Virus record (IMG/VR): IMGVR_UViG_3300042673_001351
Location: 1-64,000 of that record
DNA from: a virus
Taxonomy: Duplodnaviria; Caudoviricetes
Strand: one strand, 5' to 3'
DNA: 64,000 nucleotides
A model generated the notes under the pieces. The model saw nothing but the letters and a program-made list of their open reading frames with translations, was not told where the DNA came from and did no database searches. The translations under genes and the position numbers were made by a program. Below are positions 10,825 to 21,594 of the stretch, piece by piece (position 1 is the first letter of the stretch; every line of letters begins with the position of its first letter).

Positions 10825-11609
10825 ATCATTGCACCCCCAAATGATTGTTCTACTGCTGAGTCCGCCATAGATCTAATTGAGTTTGGAGAGAATGAATATT
10901 GAACTCTTTTAATTGGAGCAGGTATTCTTAATGCCTTGGAAATTTCTGAATTAAATATCTGTTGAAATCCAGATTTTCTAATAGCGTTATTTACTAAATT
11001 ACCACTAAAGAATCTTGAATAATATAATGTAAATTGATTTTTAACACTAGGTCCTCCTGGCCTTTTAACGGTCACTGAGGCCCCTATTGGCATAAAGACT
11101 GTTCTACCATTAGATTCAAATACTAGCCTCTCAGAATGGCGTGGAGCAATTATTAGGGGCATGCCTGCTTCCATCACGGACGCTTTATTAACAAAAACAT
11201 GCTTTCTATTATTTTCTGGAGATGGGACAAATGATTTAGATGGCTGTAACTCATAATTTACCTTAAATGAAATACCATCGCCATCAATTGTTTTTAATTT
11301 AAACAATCTAGCGCTTTTATTTCCAGTCCTTTGCCACTCATAGACATGGTGTAATGATTTTGGCTTTGATCTAGCTTGAGCATCTATATGTTCTCCAAAA
11401 TCTTTATTTATCTGAGTAAAGATTATTTTCTTAAATGCATTTTTAAATCTTTTGCTGTTACTAAATTTAGCTATAACATTAGCTTCATAATATAAAGCCG
11501 CTGATATTTGCGCTACATTACTGTCTCTGATTAAGGAGTCTTTAGGTTGACCGTGCATTAACCGCTCTAGTCCAGAAGCAGCCTGCAATAACATTACGTT
11601 AGATTCCAA
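10821..11609 (-). CDS. Putative neck / tail completion protein
   Basis: 262 aa basic protein in the head-tail cluster; synteny only. Confidence 0.45.
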   Translation of the reverse strand: MESNVMLLQAASGLERLMHGQPKDSLIRDSNVAQISAALYYEANVIAKFSNSKRFKNAFKKIIFTQINKDFGEHIDAQARSKPKSLHHVYEWQRTGNKSARLFKLKTIDGDGISFKVNYELQPSKSFVPSPENNRKHVFVNKASVMEAGMPLIIAPRHSERLVFESNGRTVFMPIGASVTVKRPGGPSVKNQFTLYYSRFFSGNLVNNAIRKSGFQQIFNSEISKALRIPAPIKRVQYSFSPNSIRSMADSAVEQSFGGAMI

Positions 11610-12027
11610 TTTGCTGGTTCTCCGATCTTTTTAGTACGGCACTCCAAGCAAGTACATCTCCAAATGGATCTGTCATTGGGGTTACTCCGACTACTTCAAA
11701 TACGGTTGGGGTATCATTTGGATAATCTAATTCTGTCCAAATATTCTCGCCATTGCCTGTTCTAATATTTGTGATTTTTTCTCTAATGGATAGCTTTGAG
11801 TTTGTTCTAACTTCTATAACTTGAACGTTTTCGTATTTAGTTCCAAGAACTTGCCTGTCACCACTTCGTGCTGTGGCTGTGTTACTAATAACGCCTTTTG
11901 CATAACAAGAAACTGTTTTTATATAGCTCCACTCTTTTTTGATTGCCCCAGTAGATACGTCTTGAGAGTCCGATTGCTTGTAGACATCCATAAGCATAGA
12001 AAACGAAGCATCTACTACTCGAAACAT
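11599..12027 (-). CDS. Putative head closure (stopper) protein
   Basis: 142 aa beta-rich protein following the adaptor gene; synteny. Confidence 0.55.
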   Translation of the reverse strand: MFRVVDASFSMLMDVYKQSDSQDVSTGAIKKEWSYIKTVSCYAKGVISNTATARSGDRQVLGTKYENVQVIEVRTNSKLSIREKITNIRTGNGENIWTELDYPNDTPTVFEVVGVTPMTDPFGDVLAWSAVLKRSENQQIGI

Positions 12028-13007
12028 CAGATTACCATTAATTGAGTTAATACATATGGAAGAAGTATTTGGTCTACGTATACATTTCCTGTTCCACGAT
12101 ATGCCTCTGCATTGTACTCAAACTTCCAATCAAATGACTGAACATTGTTTACGTATTTTGCTCTCCAAATAGAGTCTTTAGAAAAATAATCTTTTATTAA
12201 TTCTATACATGCTATTTTAATATCATCTGGTACAGTGTCCCATCCATATCTTCCTTGCACACGATATCTGGAGTCTTTAATAAAGACTCCGTAACCATAA
12301 TCGTTGATGGATGGAGGAACCATTCCGTTTGCTGTGTAGACTGTATTGTCCAGCATTTCTGCTCTGTTAATTCTTATTCCAAAACCAGATTCTGTTACTT
12401 GAGTTGAATAATTCCAATTATTTATTTCATTAATAGTATCTACTAGTAAGATATCATTTGAATATAGTTTATGTAATGTGTTTAATTTAAAAGGTAGTGG
12501 GAGGATGTCTGAGCCCGAACCATAGGCAATTTGAACATCATCGTATAGACAAAACTTTTGGCCCGTATAGTTTTCTATTACTTTTCGTGCAAACTTTTCT
12601 GCCATTACTAGTTCGTGATATGATTTATATCCTGGGTCAGATGAATCTGATGCAAATCCCATATCTTGAATATGGTTAAAATCAACGTAAGGAGTTACAA
12701 CAAAAACGTCTTCAGTTTTAACAACAGATGTTCCGCTAACTGCATACTCCCACTTAAGTCTTAAAGTTCTGTTTCTGTCTGTATATGCATAAGGAACGTT
12801 AACTATATATGTTCCTGGATTGTTTTCATCGAGGGTTGATGTAATGGTTGTCAAAAGCGTGGTCGAAGCAATCGCAGGACTTACTGCTGGATCATTTGTT
12901 ACGTCATAAATTTTGACAATTGGTGCAGAGGTTGCGTCTGAAACATCTCCGTTCCAGAACACTCTATGTGTTACTGGAGATTGTGAACCTACTAATACTT
13001 CTGCCAT
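12027..13007 (-). CDS. Head-tail adaptor with N-terminal Ig-like extension
   Basis: 326 aa; C-terminal GRYGWDTVPDDIKIACIEL...TGNVYVDQILLPY pattern of gp6/gp15-like adaptors. Confidence 0.65.
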   Translation of the reverse strand: MAEVLVGSQSPVTHRVFWNGDVSDATSAPIVKIYDVTNDPAVSPAIASTTLLTTITSTLDENNPGTYIVNVPYAYTDRNRTLRLKWEYAVSGTSVVKTEDVFVVTPYVDFNHIQDMGFASDSSDPGYKSYHELVMAEKFARKVIENYTGQKFCLYDDVQIAYGSGSDILPLPFKLNTLHKLYSNDILLVDTINEINNWNYSTQVTESGFGIRINRAEMLDNTVYTANGMVPPSINDYGYGVFIKDSRYRVQGRYGWDTVPDDIKIACIELIKDYFSKDSIWRAKYVNNVQSFDWKFEYNAEAYRGTGNVYVDQILLPYVLTQLMVI

Positions 13008-13021
13008 GTTAAAGGTTTAAA

Positions 13022-13417
13022 TTAGTTGTAGAAGTCTTGTGCTTCCTTTGGTGTGGCTAATCTAAAACCTTCCTCCTTATCAAAAATTTCTTGAGCTGCC
13101 TCTTCTGACATTGCTGCAAAAGGATGATCTCTTGTAAACGTGTATCCCATTGTATCGTACCTATGGTTAGATCTATCCATTCTTACAAGAACTTCGTCTT
13201 TATTTTGTTTTTTCTTTACATCAAATCTTGGTAAAACTTCAATCTCTTCTTTTGCATCATCTACATCTTTAAGTGTTTTTGAGTATACCGCCCAAGTTAC
13301 ACCTTCTTCTGATAGTCCCGCAATTATGTCTGTTTTGCTTTTTAAGTTTTCTAAGTCTACTCCGAAGTCTTCGGCAACCTTTTTAAGTTCAGCTAATTTT
13401 AATGTCTCAAATGACAT
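13022..13417 (-). CDS. Hypothetical protein with N-terminal HeH/Rho-N-like motif
   Basis: LKLAELKKVAEDFGVDL..KSKTDII pattern; directly downstream of the capsid gene. Confidence 0.5.
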   Translation of the reverse strand: MSFETLKLAELKKVAEDFGVDLENLKSKTDIIAGLSEEGVTWAVYSKTLKDVDDAKEEIEVLPRFDVKKKQNKDEVLVRMDRSNHRYDTMGYTFTRDHPFAAMSEEAAQEIFDKEEGFRLATPKEAQDFYN

Positions 13418-13463
13418 ATATTCTCCTTAGTTTAGGTTATTTAATTATAGCATTACTAAATTA

Positions 13464-13497
13464 AAATGAGAAGCCCCCAAAATTAATTGGGGGCCTC
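13464..13497 (-). terminator. Intrinsic terminator after the major capsid gene
   Basis: Minus strand GCCCCCAA-TTAATT-TTGGGGGC followed by TTCTCATTTT. Confidence 0.7.
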
Positions 13498-13516
13498 TAT
13501 TTGGATTAATTCCTAA

Positions 13517-14575
13517 TTAGGAAGCAATCTTAACGTTCTTTACTACTACCCAAGCATCTGCTTGCTCAATTTGAACACCAACACGAGTATACATTGTGTA
13601 CTCGATTGAGTCCTTCTTTGGCCAGAAGAATCGGTATACAGTTACATCACGCTTGATACCAATAACTACGTTATTTGGGAATGTCAAGTGGACGTCACCG
13701 TGTGATCCTGTTGCTCCTGAGTATGAGCCAGTTTGTGTCTCGCTTAATAGCGGAACTTCAACAATTGGAATACCAAATGCGAAAGGTGCTACGTATCCTG
13801 CTGGACCGCCTAGTGGCTGTACGCCTCCACGGATAACGCTTGAAGCGATATCTTGTGGGTTAGCTGATCCATCTGCACCAAGTAATGATGCTGAGTATAA
13901 GTAATCTTGAATCAAGTTTGAACCTGACAAGAAGCGAAGGTCTGTACGACGTTGCTTGTACTTACGTGGAAGTGCTTTTAATGCGCTATTAAATGTAGCA
14001 CGACTAATTGCGGCTCCACCTGCATCTACTACGTGACCGTTTGCTTTTGCAAGCTTAACTGTTCCGTCAAATGCTTTGTAAAGTTGATCAGATGATAGAG
14101 CTGTGTTTCCGTTAAGAACCAAGTCTTCAATATCGTTACCAGCCTGTGTTGCCATCAGACGTGCAATATGATCTTCTAGATCTGCACCTTCAATGTTGTC
14201 TTCTAAAGACTCAGTTGAAAGTTCCCAATCTAGACGTAACTTCTTTGTTGTCAAAGAAATTTTTGAGAATGTCACAGCAGAGTTACCACTGTTTGCGTCA
14301 TCTCCTTCAGTCGCAAGTTTCATAAGCTTTTCGCCTACTCCCATGCGATCAATTTCAGTTGTATCAGATTTCATTCTAACGGTACGTGCGACTTTACCAA
14401 TTACGGTTGCATCGAACATGTAGTCTAGAAATCGAGCTGATTGTTCTGGATTAAGTAATCCACCATTGCCATTTTCTGACCCTGTGTGAATTCCATCTCC
14501 TCCAGTTGTTGAGGCGAATGTGCCTGTGGCTGTTGTGCCAGTTGCAATTGCCTTTTCTAATAATTCATTGCTCAT
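13517..14575 (-). CDS. Major capsid protein (HK97 fold)
   Basis: 352 aa; GGLLNPEQSARF, WELSTESLEDNIEG and GNDIEDLVLNG motifs; follows the protease gene. Confidence 0.92.
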   Translation of the reverse strand: MSNELLEKAIATGTTATGTFASTTGGDGIHTGSENGNGGLLNPEQSARFLDYMFDATVIGKVARTVRMKSDTTEIDRMGVGEKLMKLATEGDDANSGNSAVTFSKISLTTKKLRLDWELSTESLEDNIEGADLEDHIARLMATQAGNDIEDLVLNGNTALSSDQLYKAFDGTVKLAKANGHVVDAGGAAISRATFNSALKALPRKYKQRRTDLRFLSGSNLIQDYLYSASLLGADGSANPQDIASSVIRGGVQPLGGPAGYVAPFAFGIPIVEVPLLSETQTGSYSGATGSHGDVHLTFPNNVVIGIKRDVTVYRFFWPKKDSIEYTMYTRVGVQIEQADAWVVVKNVKIAS

Positions 14576-14593
14576 ATTTATTTCACCTACCCT

Positions 14594-15904
14594 TTATTTA
14601 AATAGTTCGTTTACGGAACCGAGGAAAGAACCGTTCCATTTTGATTTTTGTATTGCTACTTCCTGAGACCCGCCAAGGTCTGAGGACTTCTTAATTGCAG
14701 TCTCTGATTCTACTGCGTCGACACGCTTTTCTACATTATCAATCGTGCTCTTGATGTTCTCAACTGTTTTGCTGAGTTCTGTGTGTTTATCTGCCAACTC
14801 TGAGATTTGAGTCTCAACGCTCTTGCTGAAAGCTTCAACTGTTTCTTTAATAGTTGTTACCTGTGCAGCATTAGCTTCTGAAGCTTTGCTTAGAGTATCT
14901 GAGAAAAAGCCTTTTAAATCACCTAACATTTTTGCAAAATCAGGTTCATCAACAACGACCTCTGAGACGTCTGCTGCTTTTTCAACGGTTTCGGCAGAAG
15001 TATCTGCTACTACGTCTTCTGTAACAGCTTTTTCAACTACTGCATCTTGTGCAGGTGCTGAAACTTCTACTGGAGCAGTTTCTTCAACTGCTACTGTTTC
15101 TGTGTTTTCTGACACTTCATTACCTCCTTGTGCGTTTGCCTGTTTTGCTATTGTTTGTGTTTCAGGCAACGTTAATCTTGACTTCTTAAATGAAGCAAGA
15201 ATCTTTTCTATTTCTTTAGCTTTGTTTACATCGTTACTTTCTACCCAGCCAATTAAACTTGCTGGCTTACCAGTTATTGGAGAATTAAATTCTTTTTCTT
15301 TTGACATAAAAACAGAATCGCTTTCTTCACAATAAAAAATATTTTCTGTTGAAACTTCTGTTGCAATTCCTTTAAAAATTAATTGACCATTCATTTTGGA
15401 AATTGAGATAATGTTACATAGTTCATTTGCTGGAGAATCTACGACTGATAGCTCTAGTAAAGAATAGTTTTTAATAAAACGAACTGATTGACCTGTAGAT
15501 TTATTAACCTCGTTATCAGACTCAATAATTTTTCCACCAATTGAAAATCCTGAAAGAGTACCGTCTAAAACCTTTTCCCATGTATCTTGTGCACCTTTAG
15601 AAATGTATGCATCTACATAAACTCCGTTATAAAATTCTCCGCTTTTTGCATCAAAGTATGTTTCTGGCTTAAATGAAACCATTTTACCAACTGCGTTTGA
15701 CCCGTGCATTTCTCTAATGTTTCCACGGAAACCTTCAAATGCTTTTAGACTTGCTTCTGCGGTTACAACGTCATTTGTTTGATCTAGGTTGTCTAGTGTG
15801 GCAAAACCAGATACAGTTCTCTTTTCACGGTTTACTTTTGTGAATGGAACTGATAGGCTGATATTATCGCCATTGCTGGACCAATAAGATTTTTCAATAT
15901 TCAT
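14594..15904 (-). CDS. Prohead protease fused to acidic coiled-coil scaffold
   Basis: RTVSGFAT..IREMH..GFSIGG..ELSVVDSPAN HK97-type protease motifs; acidic coiled-coil C-terminus. Confidence 0.88.
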   Translation of the reverse strand: MNIEKSYWSSNGDNISLSVPFTKVNREKRTVSGFATLDNLDQTNDVVTAEASLKAFEGFRGNIREMHGSNAVGKMVSFKPETYFDAKSGEFYNGVYVDAYISKGAQDTWEKVLDGTLSGFSIGGKIIESDNEVNKSTGQSVRFIKNYSLLELSVVDSPANELCNIISISKMNGQLIFKGIATEVSTENIFYCEESDSVFMSKEKEFNSPITGKPASLIGWVESNDVNKAKEIEKILASFKKSRLTLPETQTIAKQANAQGGNEVSENTETVAVEETAPVEVSAPAQDAVVEKAVTEDVVADTSAETVEKAADVSEVVVDEPDFAKMLGDLKGFFSDTLSKASEANAAQVTTIKETVEAFSKSVETQISELADKHTELSKTVENIKSTIDNVEKRVDAVESETAIKKSSDLGGSQEVAIQKSKWNGSFLGSVNELFK

Positions 15905-15958
15905 ATGCTCAATTTTATCTTTGTATATTTAAAAAGGCAAATAATGGTTGCCTAATAA

Positions 15959-17542
15959 TTAAGCTGTGACTCTACCCTCACCTTTTGGATTTCTGGCTTC
16001 CCCAGAACTATCTGGTGAATTGGCCGATCTTTCCTGAGTTCTATTTCTGGTATTTAATGCCTGAGCCTTGATTTCGGCTGCTTGTGCCTGCAAATCAACA
16101 ACCTCATCTCCACCGTCCATAGGTATCATACCCTTTCTAATTCTAACTTCATTAGGGGTAATTACCTGCATTCTTAAATATCTTTCATCAATTTTAGACT
16201 GAGTGTCCTCGTCTGTCAGAGTTAATTCATTAAATTTAAGCATTAATGCATCTGTTTTTTCAGAAATAATTCTATTTATTTTCTTTTCTAAAATATCTTG
16301 AGCTGGTCTACATACTTGCTCTTTAAACATTTTATCTGCATCTCTTGCTGATGCCAGGCTAACTCCTTCTGGAACTCCAATTTTATTTACTGGAACTCTG
16401 TGTGCTAAAAGAATTTCATCTCTATTTGCTTTTCTATATATATTAAATGAGGACTCTTGTGGGTTTGCCTCAATAGGCTCCATTTTAAATTCAACTTTAG
16501 AATCAGATGTATCCGCTGGAAGGGGGACATAAAGTGATCTGTGATTCTTTCCTTTTAGCCCAACCTGGAAAAACTCTAATAGTTTACGTTCAGATTCTGG
16601 TGAAAGCTTGGCGCCTTTTACTGTGATAATATAACGTGGTACCGCCTTATTTTCAAAGTAATCTAAATTGTATTTTCCAGAAAATTCATTTCCAGCCATT
16701 GCAGTTTGTGCGGCAATAATATCTGGTATTCCATAATAGTTGTTCATCGGTGTATATTTCTTTAAATGAATAACTTCGTTTGGACGATCTTCTCCTCCAG
16801 AAATTGGATTAGGGGTTTCTTGATCTGCGAAGTTTCTAAAGTAAACTGCCTTGCCGTAAAGAAGTTGTATGAAACCATCACGAAGTCTGCGTACACGCAT
16901 TGTTTTGGATGGGATATGTCCTACGTACCCAATGTTGCCAGATACAGTTCTTCCAATTTCAATATACCCATTACCAGTAGCCTCTAAATCTGTGTAAGCT
17001 TTTACCAATGTCTCTGTAAAGGTTTCTTCTTCGTTTGTTTCTTCTAGCCAAGAATCTAGGTCTTGACGAAGCTTATTCAATTTGCGACGAGCACGTTCTA
17101 ATTGTTTTTTGTCAGTAATATTATCTAAAGCATCGTTAGCTTTTTTTGTTTCTACAAAAGAGTATCCAAGGCCAACAATGTTAGCAACCTTTGCATTAAT
17201 TGCTGAGTAGTTGTATGGGGATATCTCATAAATTTTTGAAAGATATTCAAGATTATAGACTGGTTGGACAAGGTCAAACATTGCGTATCCAGTAACTGCT
17301 TGTTGTAGTAGATTCTGTTGTGTTCCAGTTCCTTCTTGTCCTGTAAAACGCTTTTGAAACTCTCTAGATATTTTCCTACGGAATGTTGGGCTTAGTCCAT
17401 TAACTTTCTTTAACTCTTCGCCTTCAATGCTAAATGGATCATCACTTAATACAACTTCTTTATTGTTAAACTTTATCCAGTCTGCAGAGTTTGATATGTC
17501 AATAGTTTCTGAGACGCTAGGGTCTTCGTTTATGAACTCCAT
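15959..17542 (-). CDS. Portal protein (PBSX/HK97-like)
   Basis: 527 aa; TGNGYIEI, EVIHLK, YYGIP, ILLAHRVP and ITPNEVR motifs. Confidence 0.92.
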   Translation of the reverse strand: MEFINEDPSVSETIDISNSADWIKFNNKEVVLSDDPFSIEGEELKKVNGLSPTFRRKISREFQKRFTGQEGTGTQQNLLQQAVTGYAMFDLVQPVYNLEYLSKIYEISPYNYSAINAKVANIVGLGYSFVETKKANDALDNITDKKQLERARRKLNKLRQDLDSWLEETNEEETFTETLVKAYTDLEATGNGYIEIGRTVSGNIGYVGHIPSKTMRVRRLRDGFIQLLYGKAVYFRNFADQETPNPISGGEDRPNEVIHLKKYTPMNNYYGIPDIIAAQTAMAGNEFSGKYNLDYFENKAVPRYIITVKGAKLSPESERKLLEFFQVGLKGKNHRSLYVPLPADTSDSKVEFKMEPIEANPQESSFNIYRKANRDEILLAHRVPVNKIGVPEGVSLASARDADKMFKEQVCRPAQDILEKKINRIISEKTDALMLKFNELTLTDEDTQSKIDERYLRMQVITPNEVRIRKGMIPMDGGDEVVDLQAQAAEIKAQALNTRNRTQERSANSPDSSGEARNPKGEGRVTA

Positions 17543-17878
17543 TTATTGTTTGCCTCCACTTTTTAATGAATCCTTGTAAACACCTATGTCAAGAGGATCT
17601 GGTGTTAGTCCCCATTCTAGTCTTTGTTTTTGATGCTGAAACTCTTCGTCGTCAACTTTACGTCTACCTGATAAAAATTTAGGCCGTCCTTCGTGTATTC
17701 CATATGATCTTACTTCTCTCGCCAACAAATCCATCTTTGATCGGTTACCTTTTTTAGCTGTTATTGATAAAAAGTTTCCATCGTCATCGCCAATCCATCT
17801 TCCGTCTGGCATTTCCCACACATAAATTCCTAGTGTAGTTTCCTCTACTACTTTTTGATTAATTCTTTTAATGTCCAT
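17543..17878 (-). CDS. Hypothetical protein
   Basis: 111 aa abutting the portal start. Confidence 0.7.
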   Translation of the reverse strand: MDIKRINQKVVEETTLGIYVWEMPDGRWIGDDDGNFLSITAKKGNRSKMDLLAREVRSYGIHEGRPKFLSGRRKVDDEEFQHQKQRLEWGLTPDPLDIGVYKDSLKSGGKQ

Positions 17879-17941
17879 TAGGTGTTAATTTTACCATTCT
17901 TTCTAATTAATGTCCACATTTTGTCGCCATGGTGGACAACT

Positions 17942-19681
17942 TTATGAATTTTGAATAACAATCCAGTCATTATTATATATTTCAGGAGGTCTTTCTGTCA
18001 TTGACATGGCAGATGCGGTAGAGGTATATACCGATCTTCCAGTATATAAATTGTAATGAGTTATTGCCTTGTTTTGATCTACAGCATCCCTGTATAGGGT
18101 TATATGCTGATATGAGCTCTTTTTAGACCCAGTGCTCTTATAATTAAAGATCAGATCTCCAGAAATGGGTGATTGAAAAACAATTACAATATGATTTAAG
18201 TATCCTGAATTTAATACATTAGATATATTTGATTGTGTCGTTTTATCTTCACCATTTACGTATATTTTAGATATATTAGTTTTTGATATAGACCCGCTAT
18301 CCGCCCAGCTAAATTCCGTACCAGTAGATGATATTAATAAACTTTTGAGTATGCTGCTTGGAGTATAGAAAAACTCAATGCTATTTGTATCATATGGAAG
18401 ATCTACCTTAAACCCTGAATTATTTGGGACCAATACTCCATTTAATTTATTCATTGATAATATTGGATAGGCCTCTTTGCCAAGGCTATAATCTAGGTTA
18501 TCTATTTTATAAACATAAGACGCTCCATTTTTAGAATAAGCTATTTGCTCAGAGTAAAAATTTACTGATAATGAATAAAGTTTTGGAATATATCTAGAGG
18601 AGTCTGTTGAAGAAACTACTATTTTTAAATGAAAAAATCTTTGTTGGTTAAAATCTGAATACTTGTACTGAGGTATTGAATATCCGTTTTCGCATTGTTC
18701 ATAAGACACTCCGTCTAGACTTGTATAAACAGAAATTCCAGAGCTACCGTCCCATTGAATTTTTGAAGAATCCATTGATATACCAGAAGGCATAGATATA
18801 ATATCTTTTAAAATAACTTCTTTTGTTTCTAATAAATCTGTCTTAGATAATTGAATATATTCTTCTGACCTACCTAGCGTAAGATCCTCTGTTAAAAAAT
18901 ATTGCCAAGATTTATCTTTTGGATAATTATAGGTAAATGATGTTCTCATTCCATTGTCATAAATATTAAAAATTTCTCCATTGTCTGGATACGCAATCTG
19001 TATTGGTAAAGTATTTTGATTACTTAGGTAATGATCTTTAATTTGTTTTTCTGATAAAGAGTATCTATACACTGCTGGATTATCTATTAAAAACTCGTCT
19101 GCGCTATTTTGTGTAGGCCCAGACTTTAGTAAGACCTGTGTATTTTCAAAGGGAACGCCAGTTATTGTTTTGCTAATAGCCAAGTTGCCGTCTAAATATA
19201 TTGATGCTGAATTTACTGAATATTTGCATACAACATAAATAGACTTATTAGTTTCTGGAACTGTGTACTCTAAAGTTTCGGTGCCAATAACAAATATAAT
19301 ATTGTTGTTTTGCCAAGCAATTCCAAGATCATTAGACAAATCGATAAAAATTGGAGTAAGGTTTGTAGAAGATATTTTTGGTAAAATCCAACACTCTATA
19401 GTAAATTCGTTGTCCGCTGTGTCTAGCGTTCCAAATCCGCCTCCTGCTGCCTGTGCGTAATAATCATTAATGATTTCAAACTCTATATTTGATAAGGAGG
19501 TAATTTTTGCTGAGTACTGGCCTCCAGAAACCATTGGCATTATTTTAGTTTGGCTTGGAAGGCTTCCTGTATAAACTCCATTATTACCGCATCCAGAAAT
19601 GTCTATTGCTGTGGTAGTGGAATCATCTAGCTCCCAGAATCCAATTGGATGGTCTTTTAGTATTTTATAAGAGTATGACAT
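17942..19681 (-). CDS. LamG/concanavalin A-like domain virion protein
   Basis: PIGFWELDD..AIDISG.GNNG, FTIECWI, IYLDG and IDNPAVYRYSLSEKQI LamG motifs. Confidence 0.75.
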   Translation of the reverse strand: MSYSYKILKDHPIGFWELDDSTTTAIDISGCGNNGVYTGSLPSQTKIMPMVSGGQYSAKITSLSNIEFEIINDYYAQAAGGGFGTLDTADNEFTIECWILPKISSTNLTPIFIDLSNDLGIAWQNNNIIFVIGTETLEYTVPETNKSIYVVCKYSVNSASIYLDGNLAISKTITGVPFENTQVLLKSGPTQNSADEFLIDNPAVYRYSLSEKQIKDHYLSNQNTLPIQIAYPDNGEIFNIYDNGMRTSFTYNYPKDKSWQYFLTEDLTLGRSEEYIQLSKTDLLETKEVILKDIISMPSGISMDSSKIQWDGSSGISVYTSLDGVSYEQCENGYSIPQYKYSDFNQQRFFHLKIVVSSTDSSRYIPKLYSLSVNFYSEQIAYSKNGASYVYKIDNLDYSLGKEAYPILSMNKLNGVLVPNNSGFKVDLPYDTNSIEFFYTPSSILKSLLISSTGTEFSWADSGSISKTNISKIYVNGEDKTTQSNISNVLNSGYLNHIVIVFQSPISGDLIFNYKSTGSKKSSYQHITLYRDAVDQNKAITHYNLYTGRSVYTSTASAMSMTERPPEIYNNDWIVIQNS

Positions 19682-19706
19682 TTAAAAATTATACCATTGA
19701 TGTGGT

Positions 19707-20396
19707 TTAGTATCCACCAATGTGGAATGCCTGTCCAGTTAAACTACTTGATCTTGGGTCAAGCAAAAGCTCTACAACATTACATATATCATCAGATGTA
19801 AAAACTGTGCGGTTAATAATTTGTGGGCCAGCAAATAGCTTAAAAGCCATGTCTGGTATGCCCTCTGTCATTGTTGATTTTATTGGGCCTGGTGATATAC
19901 AATTTGGTCTAATAGATGTATTTTGTAATTTTTTTGCTAAAGATTTTGTAAATCCATATACTGCATGCTTACTTGCCCCATATATTGAAAAATCAGTTAT
20001 TGCATGTGCTGATAGGCTTGCCATATTTATTATTGGAGTATGCTGTTTTTTGTCCATTAATGGCAAAAACGTTTGACAAGAATTCATTGTTCCTATTACG
20101 TTTGTAGAAAATATTGATTCCATTTCGCTCTGTTCTATTGTTAGCCAGTCTACAAATGGGGTTTCTAGTATTCCAGCACAATTTATTAAAGCTTGTACTG
20201 TAATATTTTTTTCTTTTAAATCTTCAAATATTGGAGTTAGGGTATTTTTTTGGCTTACGTCTGCTTGATAAGTTTTAAAGGATACATCGTTTTGAGGCAT
20301 ACCTCTTGATATGCCAATGACATCATATCCATTTTTAGAAAGCCTATTTGCTATTACATTCCCAATTCCCCTGCTTGATCCAGTTACTATAATCAT
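19707..20396 (-). CDS. Short-chain dehydrogenase/reductase (FabG-like)
   Basis: TGSSRGIG, NCAG, YGASK and NCISPG SDR motifs. Confidence 0.9.
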   Translation of the reverse strand: MIIVTGSSRGIGNVIANRLSKNGYDVIGISRGMPQNDVSFKTYQADVSQKNTLTPIFEDLKEKNITVQALINCAGILETPFVDWLTIEQSEMESIFSTNVIGTMNSCQTFLPLMDKKQHTPIINMASLSAHAITDFSIYGASKHAVYGFTKSLAKKLQNTSIRPNCISPGPIKSTMTEGIPDMAFKLFAGPQIINRTVFTSDDICNVVELLLDPRSSSLTGQAFHIGGY

Positions 20397-21058
20397 TATT
20401 CTGTCCCGTCTGAGTAGTATGCGTTTTTTCTATTGTGATACCAGTTTGGCAAGGAATATCTTGTTCCACTTGTTACCGCATCAACTTCGTGAACATAAAC
20501 AAAATTTGATGGGAAAAACAGTAGGCTTCCAGCTTCTGGCTTCATGTCTATTCCGCAATGCGGAAATCTTATGTTGCCACCTTCATAATCGTCATTTAAA
20601 TAAAGAAGTGCCGATAAAACTCTGCTGCTTATTCCATGGTCTGAGTGTGCTGGCAGGAATCCGCTTTCTTTATATTTTAGTAGGTGCATTGTTTTTTCTC
20701 TAGATTTAATATTTTTTTCAGCGTATGGATATAATGAAAAATAATGTTTTAGCCCATATTCTAGCCCATTAAAAAGCTGTGAAGATATATCGTGCTGGTC
20801 TTTATAGAAATAATCATTAACATCTATATCTTCTGGCTTTGGTAAAAATTTTTGCCAACAGAATATTGTTTTTTCTTTATTGCCGTGATCATAATCCCAT
20901 GCTTGCCAAGGCTTTATTGATTGTGACCTATAGTCTTTTTGTAAGCTTCTTTTTTCTTCTAAAGACTCTATTTTATTAATTAATTCATTAGGCTCTTTTA
21001 TAATATTTTTATAATAAACAACCCCCAAAGCCAATTCTTCATATTGCATTATTAGCAC
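20396..21058 (-). CDS. 2OG-Fe(II) oxygenase, prolyl 4-hydroxylase-like
   Basis: HSD...YLNDDYEGG...FPS...HEV...RYS. Confidence 0.9.
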   Translation of the reverse strand: MLIMQYEELALGVVYYKNIIKEPNELINKIESLEEKRSLQKDYRSQSIKPWQAWDYDHGNKEKTIFCWQKFLPKPEDIDVNDYFYKDQHDISSQLFNGLEYGLKHYFSLYPYAEKNIKSREKTMHLLKYKESGFLPAHSDHGISSRVLSALLYLNDDYEGGNIRFPHCGIDMKPEAGSLLFFPSNFVYVHEVDAVTSGTRYSLPNWYHNRKNAYYSDGTE

Positions 21059-21594
21059 TCCTTAAAATCTGGGTCTACGAACTCTTGCTTGGTTGATTGC
21101 ATATAGAGGGCTGTATACCTACTACCAGAAGTAATTTCTTTAACCCCATGAATATATTGATAATCATTTCCTGGGAAAAATATAGCAGAATACTTTTTGG
21201 CCTTTAAAGAAAATGCTTGTTTAGGGAAATATATCTCTCCGCCCTCGTACTCGTCATTTAAATAAATTACGGTGCTATATTCTATGAATGGTTCTTTTTC
21301 AATTGCGTCTATGTGAGGACTTCCACTTTGTCCTGGCTGCCACCACGAGCCAAAAGCCTTAGTAACAATTACTTTGTCTTTTAAGTTAAAAAATTCTTTC
21401 TGAATGTGGTTTGCTCTTACTGAATATTTTTTAAGTATATCCATCACCCTATTGTTATATGGGAAAGCAGTTCCGCCGTTTCTATCTTTATAGTATTCTG
21501 GATATGGGTTTATTTTTGACGGCGATTGCATCTCTTCCATAAGAGAAAATGCATCTTGTTCTGATATAAAATCTTCTACTATTTTTATTAACAT
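21052..21594 (-). CDS. 2OG-Fe(II) oxygenase, prolyl 4-hydroxylase-like
   Basis: HID...YLNDEYEGGE...HGV...RYT. Confidence 0.9.
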   Translation of the reverse strand: MLIKIVEDFISEQDAFSLMEEMQSPSKINPYPEYYKDRNGGTAFPYNNRVMDILKKYSVRANHIQKEFFNLKDKVIVTKAFGSWWQPGQSGSPHIDAIEKEPFIEYSTVIYLNDEYEGGEIYFPKQAFSLKAKKYSAIFFPGNDYQYIHGVKEITSGSRYTALYMQSTKQEFVDPDFKEC